Assembly: GCF_006345805.1 (NCBI RefSeq)
Contig: NC_043007.1
Coordinates: 22,692,001-22,756,000, forward strand
DNA length: 64,000 nucleotides
Direction: 5' to 3'
Source: Octopus sinensis
Lineage: Eukaryota
Of the stretch, positions 1 to 10,902 are shown in pieces (positions within the stretch are counted from its first letter, which is position 1; each line of letters opens with the position of its first letter). The notes beneath the pieces are model-generated. The model was not told the DNA's origin and searched no databases. It saw only the letters and a program-made list of their open reading frames with translations. A program made the translations under genes and the position numbers.

Positions 1-382
1 TTAAAATAATTTCCACGTAACTAAACACTTTTAAACTTCGTATACTGGTAGAATGTGTTTATAAAACATCTTTTTCTCTTGGCTTTATTGAGAAAATTCT
101 ATAGTTTGCAGAAATTGAAGAAAAAACCCAACAAATATCTTACAATTCAACCAATCAATGACGTCCATTTGGGGTGAAAACATTCTGTGCCGTATGAATA
201 TGTCCCTCGTTTAAGAAACAGATTGGGTTTATTTACATTTCTGAAGAAAAAAAGATACCCTTCCCCCCACCCTAACTGTAAAACAGATTGAAATGCAATA
301 GATCGATACTAGGGTCATAATTACGGGTGACAATTTCATATGATACCGTTAGAAAAAACTGCCGTTCAAACCGAAAAGATCC
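1..382 (-). mobile_element. Merlin-like MITE, cut by the window edge
   Basis: Reverse-complement match to 10464-10902, including the TIR aaaaactgccgttcaaaccgaaaagatcc at 354-382. Confidence 0.75.
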
Positions 383-1369
383 AAAGAGCCTTTATATTCC
401 GCATGATACTCCTCACACATCAAACATTGGAATACAAGACGTGCAGCCTGAGCTCTGTCCACAATGAAAATTAGGATATTTTGACAAACAGATTAATAAA
501 TATGATAAAACGATAAGTCGAGGACAGTAGGTCTATTTAAAAAATGTCTGAGACGAGACTACACCCTATTATCTAACAAATGTTTATTCCCAATCTACTT
601 TAATTAGAATTACATGTGACCTAATTCATCTTACCAGCTCAAACTGAACCAATGAGAGCTTAACTTGCTAGAAATATCAAGCAAATCTCTTGTTGTATAC
701 GTTCTACCGTCTTAAAAAAAAAGAGAAAGATTTGATAGTACTGTCTAAAATACACTATATTTGAGATAAAAAAAAAACACGATGGTGATGGATGGAATGC
801 TTTGATCTAGAGCTTGCTCGACCAGTGCCGACTCGGGGTTTAACAACAACTAATACCAATATACTGAAATAACAGTAGATAAGTAGCGCTGTTTCTTGAA
901 TGAAACGGGGGCGGGAATGCTTGCCAGATAATGAACGGACTTTCAGACAGATGGTGATCATACATTTGAGAGAGGTTCTTCGGTAGGGCTGCACGGAGTT
1001 ACACATCTATACAGAAATAGTTCACACTCATTTTAAATACAAACATATGTTAAGAAAATAAAATAAAAAATTTGGTGCTGGAGAAAGAAGGGCTATCACT
1101 TTTTTTCTTTTAACCAATTCTTTCTCTCCCACCAAACACTGTTTACAATTTTATAAGAAAAAATAAAGTACATTTCCATCTGTTGTTCTCTTTAAGTGTT
1201 TCGAGGGTCGTGAGTTCGATAAAAGATTACATCCGTGGAAATTGGCTAAGTTAAGAATGATTAATAACACCAGACAAGTGGAAACTGAATCCCTAGATAC
1301 GAGGCCAGAATCACGAGCAAACCACCATAGTTTTACGTGATCGGTCTATTAACTGACCAACTAGCATGA

Positions 1370-1998
1370 AGCGATGGCGTGAGCAGGTTTTCTCGAATAT
1401 TCTAAAATTTGACTTCCAGTCCCCAATAAAAACCGGCGCGCATTTTCACCAGCCAGATGACCCACGAAGACGGCTAAGACAGATGGCGCAGATAAGTGAC
1501 TTGAACTTCCGTCGCCCCGAATGTAACACAATTGTTTCCAGTTATGACGGGCAAGTTTCAGGTTGTGGTATCGATAGCTTGCCGTAAACTCTAAGCAGTA
1601 TCCATCTCCTAGTATGTAATTATCGTTGTTGTTATCGGTAAAAGGCCAACGCAAATTTGATTCTATAGCCAGCAAAAGCCGTTAAAATCAACCCGACTCG
1701 GTGCTTGAGCATCAGCCCATCATAACTAGGACCAAGACAAGAAGATCAAAGGAAGCAAAAGCCGTCACACTTGCAATTATCACCACAGCTTCTTTACATG
1801 GTTGTACTGTCTTTTTCAAAAATCGATTAAGCATGCGCCTGTAATACGACTTCTATATAACCTACTGATCTTCCTAAAACAGCCATAACTACTCCTTTTG
1901 GACTTTTCGAATTTCTTAAAATGTATTTTGGTCTTCGGAAAGGTGCTAATACATTCCAGAAATCTGTCGACGAAGTCACTCGCAATTTAAACCTTTTA
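1370..1998 (+). pseudogene. Decayed Ty3/gypsy pol (RT) fragment
   Basis: Translates to TASLHGCTVF-SKID and KTAITTPFGLFEFLKMYFGLRKGANTFQKSVDEV, typical gypsy RT motifs, with stops and frameshifts. Confidence 0.8.
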
Positions 1999-2005
1999 TT
2001 TATTA

Positions 2006-2238
2006 TCTATATATATATAAAGCTGAAGTTGTCTGTGTATGGCAGGTTTGGTAGCCTTCAGCTAACACTATCTCCTCCGAGATCCTGCGGCGCAAGTTGA
2101 CCAAAATTGAAAGTATGATAGAAGAAGGCTTGCTCTTCATTCCGTAGAAGAAAAAATTCAAATCGGACCATGTTAACACCAAAAATTATTTACATCAAAA
2201 AGGTGCTTTTTTCCTATGAAAATCCCTATTTTGTACGA
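2006..2238 (+). mobile_element. Non-autonomous Helitron 5' fragment
   Basis: TCTATATATATAAAGCTGAAG start; same family as 6998-7388. Confidence 0.8.
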
Positions 2239-2378
2239 GGTCGACTTTGACTTTCATCCTTTCGGGGTCGATAAATAAAGTACCAGTTACGCACTGGGGT
2301 CGATGTAATCGACTTAATCCGTTTGTCTGTCCTTGTTTGTTCCCTCCGTGTTTAGCCCCTTGTGGGCAATAAATAAAA
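2239..2378 (+). mobile_element. SINE family D fragment (gcctttcatcctttcggggtcgataaa body)
   Basis: Matches many other copies in the window. Confidence 0.8.
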
Positions 2379-2612
2379 ATATTTGTCTAAGACTACATTA
2401 TCGAAATACGGCTGCTATTTTCAGCATTTCGAGCGACCATATGAAAGTTCGGTTCATGGAAAGAACAATGTACCGTGTTCACAGAACGAACAGCATAAGG
2501 GTATGTACACTCGTCGAAAAGACTTTATCGTAGAAGCATATGCTCACTAAGATGGTTGTAGCAGAGTATCTATACATCTTCCTCACTAATTCTCTCTCTC
2601 ACATATATATAC

Positions 2613-2688
<76 letters not shown>

Positions 2689-3068
2689 ATCTCAGAATGC
2701 AGTTGGAATGTAGAACTTAAATGCTGAAAGGCATTTAGTCTAATGCTCTAATTTTTTTTTTTTACTGCTCCACTGCTTTTCTCGATACCAACAACTGAGT
2801 TGGAAATTTTAAATAAACGAATAAATAAATGAATAAAAGTCAGATACATCTTCACCATTGAATGTTGTAATAGCTGGAACAGAAGATAGTCTTAAGAAGA
2901 AGAAGTTTGTAAATAAAGAAAGAAAGAGACAAGACAGGCAAGCAACTAGAATACGCGTAAATGGTGTTATCGCAATCTTTACAAACACATTACGACTATT
3001 ATACATGCACGCATAACTCCATATGCCAGCTGCATCATGCTTCCACCAACAACGAACTATATATATAT

Positions 3069-3462
3069 ACTCTTTTACTGGTTTCTGTCATTAGACTGTG
3101 GCCATGCTGGGGCACTGCCTTGGAGAATTTTAGTTGAATAAGTTGACCCCCAGTACTTACTCTTTTATACTGGTTTCAGTCATTTGACTGTGGCCATGCT
3201 GGAGCACCGTCTTTAGCCGAGCAAATCGACCCCAGGACTTATTCTTTGTAAGCCCAGTACTTATTCTATCGGTCTCTTTTGGTGGCGATCCTTGCTGTAC
3301 TCTTTCGCCACAACTTTCTCTTACTGTTTCTTCTGTTGGCCTACTCGTTTAGCCAGCGGGGTGGTGTCATTTGAAGGCTAAAACAATACGAAGCGCATTG
3401 TGACCAACGATGTGTAACGACATCTGATAGCCTGGTCGGTCACGGCGATCACAGTGATATAA
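3069..3462. mobile_element. SINE family A 3' ends (minus) joined to a SINE family B-variant 3' half (plus)
   Basis: cagtcatttgactgtggccatgctggagcac tail twice, then gctgtactctttcgccacaac...cacggcgatcac. Confidence 0.75.
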
Positions 3463-4273
3463 TATCGAACACACATACACAAGGTTTGTGTTTTGCCAGT
3501 TCGTGGGCAGGCTGCGCTTATAGGCATAAGAGAATATATTCTCATGAAGTCACCTGGTGTTAAAACATCTGGAGGTCACAGACAAGCTTGATAACTAGCA
3601 TCAGGTCCCGCTACAGAAGCGATAGACATTAATATTTCATCATTTTTGTGACCTGTCAATACCGCCTAACCGAAACGTGACAAGGGGACACCAAAATCTT
3701 TTAACTGCTTCGGGCCCCTATGGGTTTTAATCCGGTCCTGCACAATACCGTAAATCTCACTGGTACTTTATTTAATCAACTCGAGAAAGATGAAAAGCCA
3801 AGTCCGTACTGATGGGATCCCAACTCGGAATGTAAAGAAAAGAAAGTGATTGAATATAGCAATGCATTTTTAACCTGTTGGCCCAAATTATCTCAATGAT
3901 AACAACAAACATCTTTACAATAACAATATGACTACACGTGTTTTTAAAAAAATGCAGAAATTATAATTATTTTATTCTTAGTTTGGAATTTCTTTCTTCT
4001 TCGTGTGTTATTATTAAATTTATTTCAATAATGTTTTTGAATTTCCGAGGTAACAACTGAAATCAATATATACTATAATGTATAAAAGAAGAAACACAGA
4101 CCCACACATAAAAATACTGAAACGCACGTATATACCTATATACACACGTAGAAAATAAATGCATACACACGTATAGGAATAGCTACGTGCACGCACACAT
4201 AAACGCATACATATGAGCAAATGAATACACATGCAGTCGACTGAATAAACGCATATTATTTTAACTCGCACGG

Positions 4274-4320
<47 letters not shown>

Positions 4321-4966
4321 TAAACGCACACAAACATATCCCAGAAAACTAGATAAACGCGGAAGGAAGACGAGAGCAAAGATAGTGCGAAGTATGCCAA
4401 CGAAATGGCCTTGAAACAATTGTGGAGAGAGGGAGAGAAAGGAAGAGAGAGAAAGGAGAGAGGCGGGGGAGGGAGGAAGGAGACTTTGTGAACAAAGATG
4501 TTATTTAGAGCATGGAAGGAGTTTGGGTAGGGAGGGCGTTTAATAGATGGATTGCTTTTATCGATGCGTTTAAACGGAAGATATGAGAAGGAAATAGTGA
4601 AGGATGACTTGAAGAGACAAACCAATTTCCTACTGTGTAGTAATAGCAGTGATGATGATGACGATGACGAAATAGAAACCTGAGAAATTTTGTAGATAGT
4701 TGTCGTTGGAAACGCTGGAAGCTTTAAAACTAAGGAAAAGAGAAAATATTCAGTTATGTTGGTCAAAAAAATAAAAATAAATCAAAATAAAAGTTTAAGT
4801 ATGATACACAGATTGCTATTTTGAACTAGTACTGCTTCTGCCGCTCATAACAAAATTTTATTTTACCTGCCGGCTAATTGCAACATCAGTGATTTTTCTA
4901 TAACGGTTTTACTGTATCAGTAATGACTGATTTTGTCTTAGTATGTATGTGGTTGCCAGTAGATGC

Positions 4967-5011
4967 TTGTTACTGACGAAGCCGAAAGCAGCAGAAATAC
5001 GTATTCAGCAA
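4967..5011 (+). ncRNA. Minimal type I hammerhead ribozyme motif, copy 1
   Basis: ttgtta-CTGACGA-agc cgaaagca gca-GAAA-tacgta-t-t/cagcaa: conserved core, palindromic AATACGTATT stem III, stem I ttgtt/cagcaa with an A-C mismatch next to the core. Confidence 0.55.
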
Positions 5012-5240
5012 TGAAGGAAAAGAGAAAATATTCAGTTATGTTGGTCAAAAAATCAAAATAAAAGTTTAAGTATGATACACAGATTGCTATTTTGAACTAG
5101 TACTGCTTCTGCCGCTCATAACAAAATTTTATTTTGCCTGCCGGCTAATTGCAACATCAGTGATTTTTCTATAACGGTTTTACTGTATCAGTAATGACTG
5201 ATTTTGTCTTAGTATGTATGTGGTTGCCAGTAGATGATAC

Positions 5241-5285
5241 TCGTTACTGACGATGCCGAAAGCAGCAGAAATACGTATTCAGCAA
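5241..5285 (+). ncRNA. Minimal type I hammerhead ribozyme motif, copy 2
   Basis: tcgtta-CTGACGA-TGC cgaaagca GCA-GAAA-tacgtatt/cagcaa; 3-bp stem II, palindromic stem III, predicted cleavage after 5279. Confidence 0.6.
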
Positions 5286-5514
5286 TGAAGGAAAAGAGAA
5301 AATATTCAGTTATGTTGGTCAAAAAATCAAAATAAAAGTTTAAGTATGATACACAGATTGCTATTTTGAACTAGTACTGCTTCTGCCGCTCATAACAAAA
5401 TTTTATTTTGCCTGCCGGCTAATTGCAACATCAGTGATTTTTCTATAACGGTTTTACTGTATCAGTAATGACTGATTTTGTCTTAGTATGTATGTGGTTG
5501 CCAGTAGATGATAC

Positions 5515-5559
5515 TCGTTACTGACGATGCCGAAAGCAGCAGAAATACGTATTCAGCAA
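5515..5559 (+). ncRNA. Minimal type I hammerhead ribozyme motif, copy 3
   Basis: Identical to copy 2; predicted cleavage after 5553. Confidence 0.6.
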
Positions 5560-5857
5560 TGCCAACACCGCCAAAGGACGATTTTCTGGTTCTTTTTTTT
5601 TTTTTTAACACTGGAAGTCGATAAGAGATGCTATTTCGAGATAATACAACTGTTCATCAGGCTTTCAATGATGTATCTGCTTTATGTACGAGATACAGAG
5701 TGCTAAAAAAATGTTGTTTTAATGTTGAGGGGAATAATATAGAAATTTACAATATTTGCAATAAAATCTGTAGATTTGAATAAGTTTCTATGCCGTAGAG
5801 ATGTCAACAATTCTATTTTTTAGACAGGGCCCTGCAGACAGACCATCATTAGTTTTC

Positions 5858-6103
5858 TTGGTTGGGGGAAGGGTATCTTTTTTTCTTCACAAATGTAAAT
5901 AAACCCAACGACGTCACTGATTGGTTGAAATTGCAGAAATTGAAGAAGAAAAACAACAAATATCTTACAAACTATGGAATTTTCTCAATAAAACCAAGAG
6001 AAAAAGATGTTTTATAAACACATTCTACCAGTATACGAAGTTTAAATTTTTTTCAGTTACCTAGAAACTATGTTAAAAACTGCCGTTCAAACCGAAAACA
6101 TCC
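5858..6103 (+). mobile_element. Merlin-like MITE, internally deleted 3' part
   Basis: Shares the body and right TIR (aaaaactgccgttcaaaccgaaaacatcc) with 10464-10902. Confidence 0.7.
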
Positions 6104-6169
6104 TTAACTTGTAATACTCAAAGGACGAATAAACATCTATGCATTGAATATATAATATATATTCTTTCA

Positions 6170-6995
6170 GAATAATAGGGTAAAAGGCCAACATTTTTGC
6201 AAAGTAACTTAATATTCTAAGGAACAATAGATCTCGTAGAGGCTGGAGTCGGTCAGGATTCGGACGCATTTCTGTTCTCAACTACATAACCAAAGACGCT
6301 CAGTCTTTCAGCCGAAAACACATTTACCCTTGCTATAATAATTATTCTTTCGTTTTGTTACCGTAACGAATATTTGAGTATTAGTATCGTGGTCTTTCTG
6401 TGTCATAGTATATAGATGGCTGTCCAAGTATGCAAAAGTTCCAACTAGTTTTTCATCCTAGATAACTAAAATTCATAATGCACAAGAAACAAATCACTAT
6501 TTGTCACCTCAAAAGGCGACTCCAGTAAATTGTAGAAGCTTCTTCAGGCTTTGGATGCAGTGTATTGTTGATCGTCACGTGAATCAAGCAATATTATTCC
6601 CTATGTCATCAATAAGATTCTCGTCAAGAACTGAAAATGTTTCGTTTTTTATAACCTGTACATGCCAAGAGGATTTACTGAGCTGAATTAATCCCTCTCT
6701 TAGCAAACATTGAATTTCTTTTTCTATAATTTTGCGATCTTCAGGAGAGTAATGACGTAATATAACCACAACAAGATGACAATCTGACATCAGACAAGTA
6801 AATAACGCTGTAGGGTCAACTACAAAGCACTAAAATCCAGAAATAGCAAGGGAAAGCAAATCTCCTTCATAAGCTAGCATTACACCATCATGAAACTCCT
6901 GAAAGCCCTGGCCAAGGGGAACGTCAGAAGGTTGAGATTGGCAAACCTTAAAGTTCTGTTTTAGAGAAAATGCTGATGGATCAACAATAATTCCA
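6170..6995 (-). pseudogene. Decayed Ty3/gypsy pol (protease C-terminus plus RT)
   Basis: SDVPLGQGFQEFH; RHYSPEDRKIIEKEIQCLLREGLIQLSKSSW; FAYLD; GKCVF; RPNPDRLQPLRDL; several stops and frameshifts. Confidence 0.8.
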
Positions 6996-6997
6996 AA

Positions 6998-7388
6998 TCT
7001 ATATATATAAAGCTGAAGTTGTCTGCGTGTGGCAGGTTCGGTAGCCTTCAACTAACACTATCTCCTCCGAGACCCTGCAGCGCAAGTTGACCAAAATTGA
7101 GAGTATGATAGAAGAAGGCTTGCTCTTCCTACTGTAGAAGAAAAAATTCAAATCGGACCATGTTAACACTAAAAGTTATTTACATCAAAAAGGTGTTTTT
7201 TTCCTATGAAAATCCCTATTTTTTACGACTTTTTGACTGCTGTGTCACCATTTTTCGGTGTATTTCAATCAGAAAAATGTTCACTTAAAGAGAATAACAA
7301 GCTACATAATGCAAAATTTTTACTTTTCAAAAAATTCCAATTCTAAAAGGTCGAAACAAACCCGAGCAACACCAGGCGATACTGCTAG
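6998..7388 (+). mobile_element. Non-autonomous Helitron, copy A
   Basis: A|TC 5' end, subterminal hairpin-like cccgagcaacaccagg, CTAG|T 3' end. Confidence 0.85.
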
Positions 7389-7607
7389 TCCCTGATAAAA
7401 CAACGTCAAACTGACTTTCACAGCGTAGAGCAATGGTCACAAACTGAAAGTTACAATCGTTTTCATGAAGTCGTTAGGGTTTCGATATATTCTTTTAACG
7501 ACTCTCCGATCTGCTGCCACAGAAGTGTAAAAAGAGCGCGCAAAAACTTCATTCTGAGTTTTATGTATAGTTTGTGAAGCACTTATGACATTTTCAAAAG
7601 TAATATA

Positions 7608-7999
7608 TCTCTATATATATGAAGCTGAAGTTGTCTGTGTATGGCAGGTTTGGTAGCCTTCAACTAACACTATCTCCTCTGAGACCCTGCGGCGCAAGTT
7701 GACCAAAATTGAGAGTATGATAGAAGAAGGCTTGCTCTTCCTACTGTAGAAGAAAAAATTCAAATCGGACCATGTTAACACTAAAAGTTATTTACATCAA
7801 AAAGGTGTTTTTTTCCTATGAAAATCCCTATTTTTTACGACTTTTTGACTGCTGTGTCACCATTTTTCGGTGTATTTCAATCAGAAAAATGTTCACTTAA
7901 AGAGAATAACAAGCTACATATGCAAAAATTTTACTTTTCAAAAAATTCCAATTCTAAAAGGTCGAAACAAACCCGAGCAACACCAGGCGATACTGCTAG
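7608..7999 (+). mobile_element. Non-autonomous Helitron, chimeric B/A copy
   Basis: 5' variants match copy B and 3' variants match copy A; TC...CTAG ends. Confidence 0.85.
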
Positions 8000-8218
8000 T
8001 CCCTGATAAAACAACGTCAAACTGACTTTCACAGCGTAGAGCAATGGTCACAAACTGAAAGTTACAATCGTTTTCATGAAGTCGTTAGGGTTTCGATATA
8101 TTCTTTTAACGACTCTCCGATCTGCTGCCACAGAAGTGTAAAAAGAGCGCGCAAAAACTTCATTCTGAGTTTTATGTATAGTTTGTGAAGCACTTATGAC
8201 ATTTTCAAAAGTAATATA

Positions 8219-8606
8219 TCTCTATATATATGAAGCTGAAGTTGTCTGTGTATGGCAGGTTTGGTAGCCTTCAACTAACACTATCTCCTCTGAGACCCTG
8301 CGGCGCAAGTTGACCAAAATTGAGAGTATGATAGGAGAAGGCTTGCTCTTCATTCCGTAGAAGATAAAATTCAAATCGGACCATGTTAAGACCAAAAATT
8401 ATTTACATCAAAAAGGTGTTTTTCTACGAAAATCCCTATTTTTTACGATTTTTTGACTGCTGTGTCGCCATTTTCGGTGTATTTCAACCAGAAAAATGTT
8501 CACTTAAAGAGAATAACAAGCTACATAATGCAAAAATTTTACTTTTCAAAAATTCCAATTCTAAAGGGTCGAGACAAACCCGAGCAACGCCGGGCGATAC
8601 TGCTAG
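8219..8606 (+). mobile_element. Non-autonomous Helitron, copy B
   Basis: TC start, cccgagcaacgccggg hairpin, CTAG|T end. Confidence 0.85.
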
Positions 8607-9272
8607 TTCTATGATAATTTCGTATCTCTGATGACTCAACGTTATGAGACCAAACTTATTTAAATTGACTTGAAGTAAAACTAACAAAAATTTCGAAAGC
8701 TTTAAACTAACGTTTCTATTATTTATCAGTCATTGCTGAGCTGGAATCGACATTGAGCTGTTCAGCTCAAGTCAAAGCAGACGATCCATTATGAAGTGAG
8801 TGGCTTATATTAACGTAGTCAGTTTTCTGATCACGATAAGTGCAGTTTGGTTGAATAATGTTTATGTTACAATAGAAACCTTATCTGAAGGCTATATCCA
8901 ACAAAAAATTGCATGTAACAATGTAACACTTATTCGATAGCTTAGACAGTATACAATTGACTATATTCAACAGATAAAACTGAGTAAACCTTGTTCATTC
9001 TCATAAACAACTTCCTCTCTTACCAAGTTAGTAGTCGAAACGCTAGTTAATAGAGGAAGGGCAAAAGGCGAATATAGCCCTCCTTTTATTGTTTGGGGCA
9101 GTTTTCAGTCATTTTAATAATTAAGAATTCGCGTTTGCAACAAAGAATTCAGTGCTGCGATCTATGTAGCTTACAGTAAATGAATTTCTCAAATCATCTT
9201 GTATACACTATAAATAAGTTGTAAGCTACCAATCTTCTCTCTGTGGATAAGATGGGAGTATTCTTTCTCTTG

Positions 9273-9655
9273 TGGAGGCGTAATGGCCCAGTGGTTAGGG
9301 CAGCAGACTCGCGGTCGTAGGTTCGCGGTTTCGATTCCCAGACCGGGCGTTGTGAGTGTTTATTGAGCGAAAACACCTAAAGCTCCACAAGGCTCCGGCA
9401 GGGATGGTGGTGATCCCTGCTGTACTCTTTCACCACAACTTTCTCTCACTCTTACTTTCTGTTTCTGTTGTACCTGTATTTCAAGGGGCCGGCCTTGTCA
9501 CTCTCTGTGTCACGCTGAATATCCCCGAGAACTGCGTTAAGGGTACACGTGTCTGTGGAGTGCTCAGCCACTTACATATTATTTTCACGAGCAGGCTGTT
9601 CCGTTGATTCGGATCAACCGGAACCCTCGTCGTCGTAACCGACGGAGTGCTTCCA
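9273..9655 (+). mobile_element. tRNA-derived SINE family B, full length
   Basis: Box A/B-like head (tggcccagtggttagg...ggtttcgattccc) followed by a body shared with 15795-16168 and 23125-23437. Confidence 0.85.
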
Positions 9656-10463
9656 TAGATTCCATTCTTTCTCTTACCGATCTGTAAATAGGTAGAATGT
9701 AAGTGTTTTTTTCTATCAAGAAGGTGAAACAAGGATGGTAATAAGCAAATCAATCTCCGCCTTCCCTCATAACAAAGAGGTAAAATCTGTGGTGAAACTA
9801 GTTTACTTTTGAGAGCTAAAACGATATGATTACTTCAATTTATCCAAAATCCTGTTTCGTTAGTATGTCAGGTCTTACTTAATACTGTTTATAACTCGAC
9901 TTATTGACATCCTGGTTATGAGCACACACAAACATTAAGCAGATTTGAATATGATACACACAGACTAGAAATAATTGATTTGCACGGATTTTGTACATTC
10001 ACAAAATACGTAATACACGAACAGACTATATTTATATAATAGTTAACTTATACACATGCATTACATTTATACGATACATAAATAGACCACCTCCCTGGTA
10101 ACAACAGCAGTTAAATAATAATTGACTGAGATTGTCCTTTCACGGTTAGTGAACAGCGGAAACTGAGTCAGAGGACACAACTTTTTCTCCCCCATCTACA
10201 ACCCGTGTCCCAAATTAACATCAGACAAGTCATTTAGTCAGATTTTTGACCACACTACTTCCGCCTCTGCTCGAAATAACTGCTGAAATGATTGTTTCTA
10301 ATTTAGGCACAAGGCCAAAAATTTTTGAGGGGAGGGGGGGAAAGTGGATGCTGTCGATCTCAGTAGTTGACTGGTACTTTATTTTATTGGGATTTACACT
10401 CAAAATGTAAAGAGTCGTAACAAATGCTGCAAGACAAATTTTTCCGATACTCAGTCAAATCTG

Positions 10464-10902
10464 GGATCTATTCGGTTTGAACGGCAGTTTTTTCTAGCAG
10501 TGTCATATGAAATTGTCACCCATAATTATGACCCTCGTATCGATCTATTGCATTTCAATCTATTTTAGGGTTAGGGTTAGAGTTTGGGTTAGTTAGGGTT
10601 AGGGGTGGGGAAAGGGTATTTTTTTTTCTTCAGAAATGTAAATGAACCCAATCTGTTTCTTAAACGAGGGACATTTTCATATGGCACAGAATATTTTCAC
10701 CTCAACAGATGCCATTGATTGGTTGAAATTGCAGAAATTGAAGAAAAAACAACAACAAATATCTTACAAACTATAGAATTTTCTCAATAAAGCCAAGAGA
10801 AAAAGATGTTTTATAAACACATTCTACCAGTATACGAAGTTTAAAAGTGTTTAGTTATGTGGAAATTATTTTAAAAAACTGCCAGTGAAACCGAAAAGAT
10901 CC
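10464..10902 (+). mobile_element. Merlin-like MITE with 8-bp TSD and internal TTAGGG-like tract
   Basis: GGATCT(A/T)TTCGGTTT... TIRs; TSD caaatctg at 10456-10463 and 10903-10910. GG termini plus an 8-bp TSD fit Merlin; superfamily is inferred. Confidence 0.75.

Larger units (their letters stand above)
4732..5561 (+). repeat. Tandem array of three ~274-bp units, each ending in a hammerhead-like motif (retrozyme/Penelope pLTR-like)
   Basis: Units start at 4732, 5014 and 5288. Units 2 and 3 are identical by eye; unit 1 differs by small indels and substitutions. Confidence 0.95.

Noticed and set aside
4020-4766. 248-aa minus-strand ORF
   Set aside because: Read through CT-rich and (GT)n tracts; low-complexity S/L/F and CV runs; no domain.
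5625-5666. Minus-strand CTGATGA...GAAA spacing
   Set aside because: Stems I and II do not pair; treated as a chance match.
4732-8606. Repeat-spacer patterns as a CRISPR array
   Set aside because: Eukaryotic context, units of hundreds of bp, identical rather than unique spacers, no cas genes.
8628-8655. CTGATGA-ctc...gag hammerhead-like start
   Set aside because: GAAA is missing (CAAAC) and there is no stem I or III support.
9273-9350. tRNA-like sequences (also the heads at 16312, 26668, 61860 and others)
   Set aside because: SINE heads: box A/B present but no complete cloverleaf, and each continues into a repeated SINE body.
10563-10605. TTAGGG repeats as a telomere or fusion site
   Set aside because: Short, degenerate and internal to a TSD-flanked MITE.
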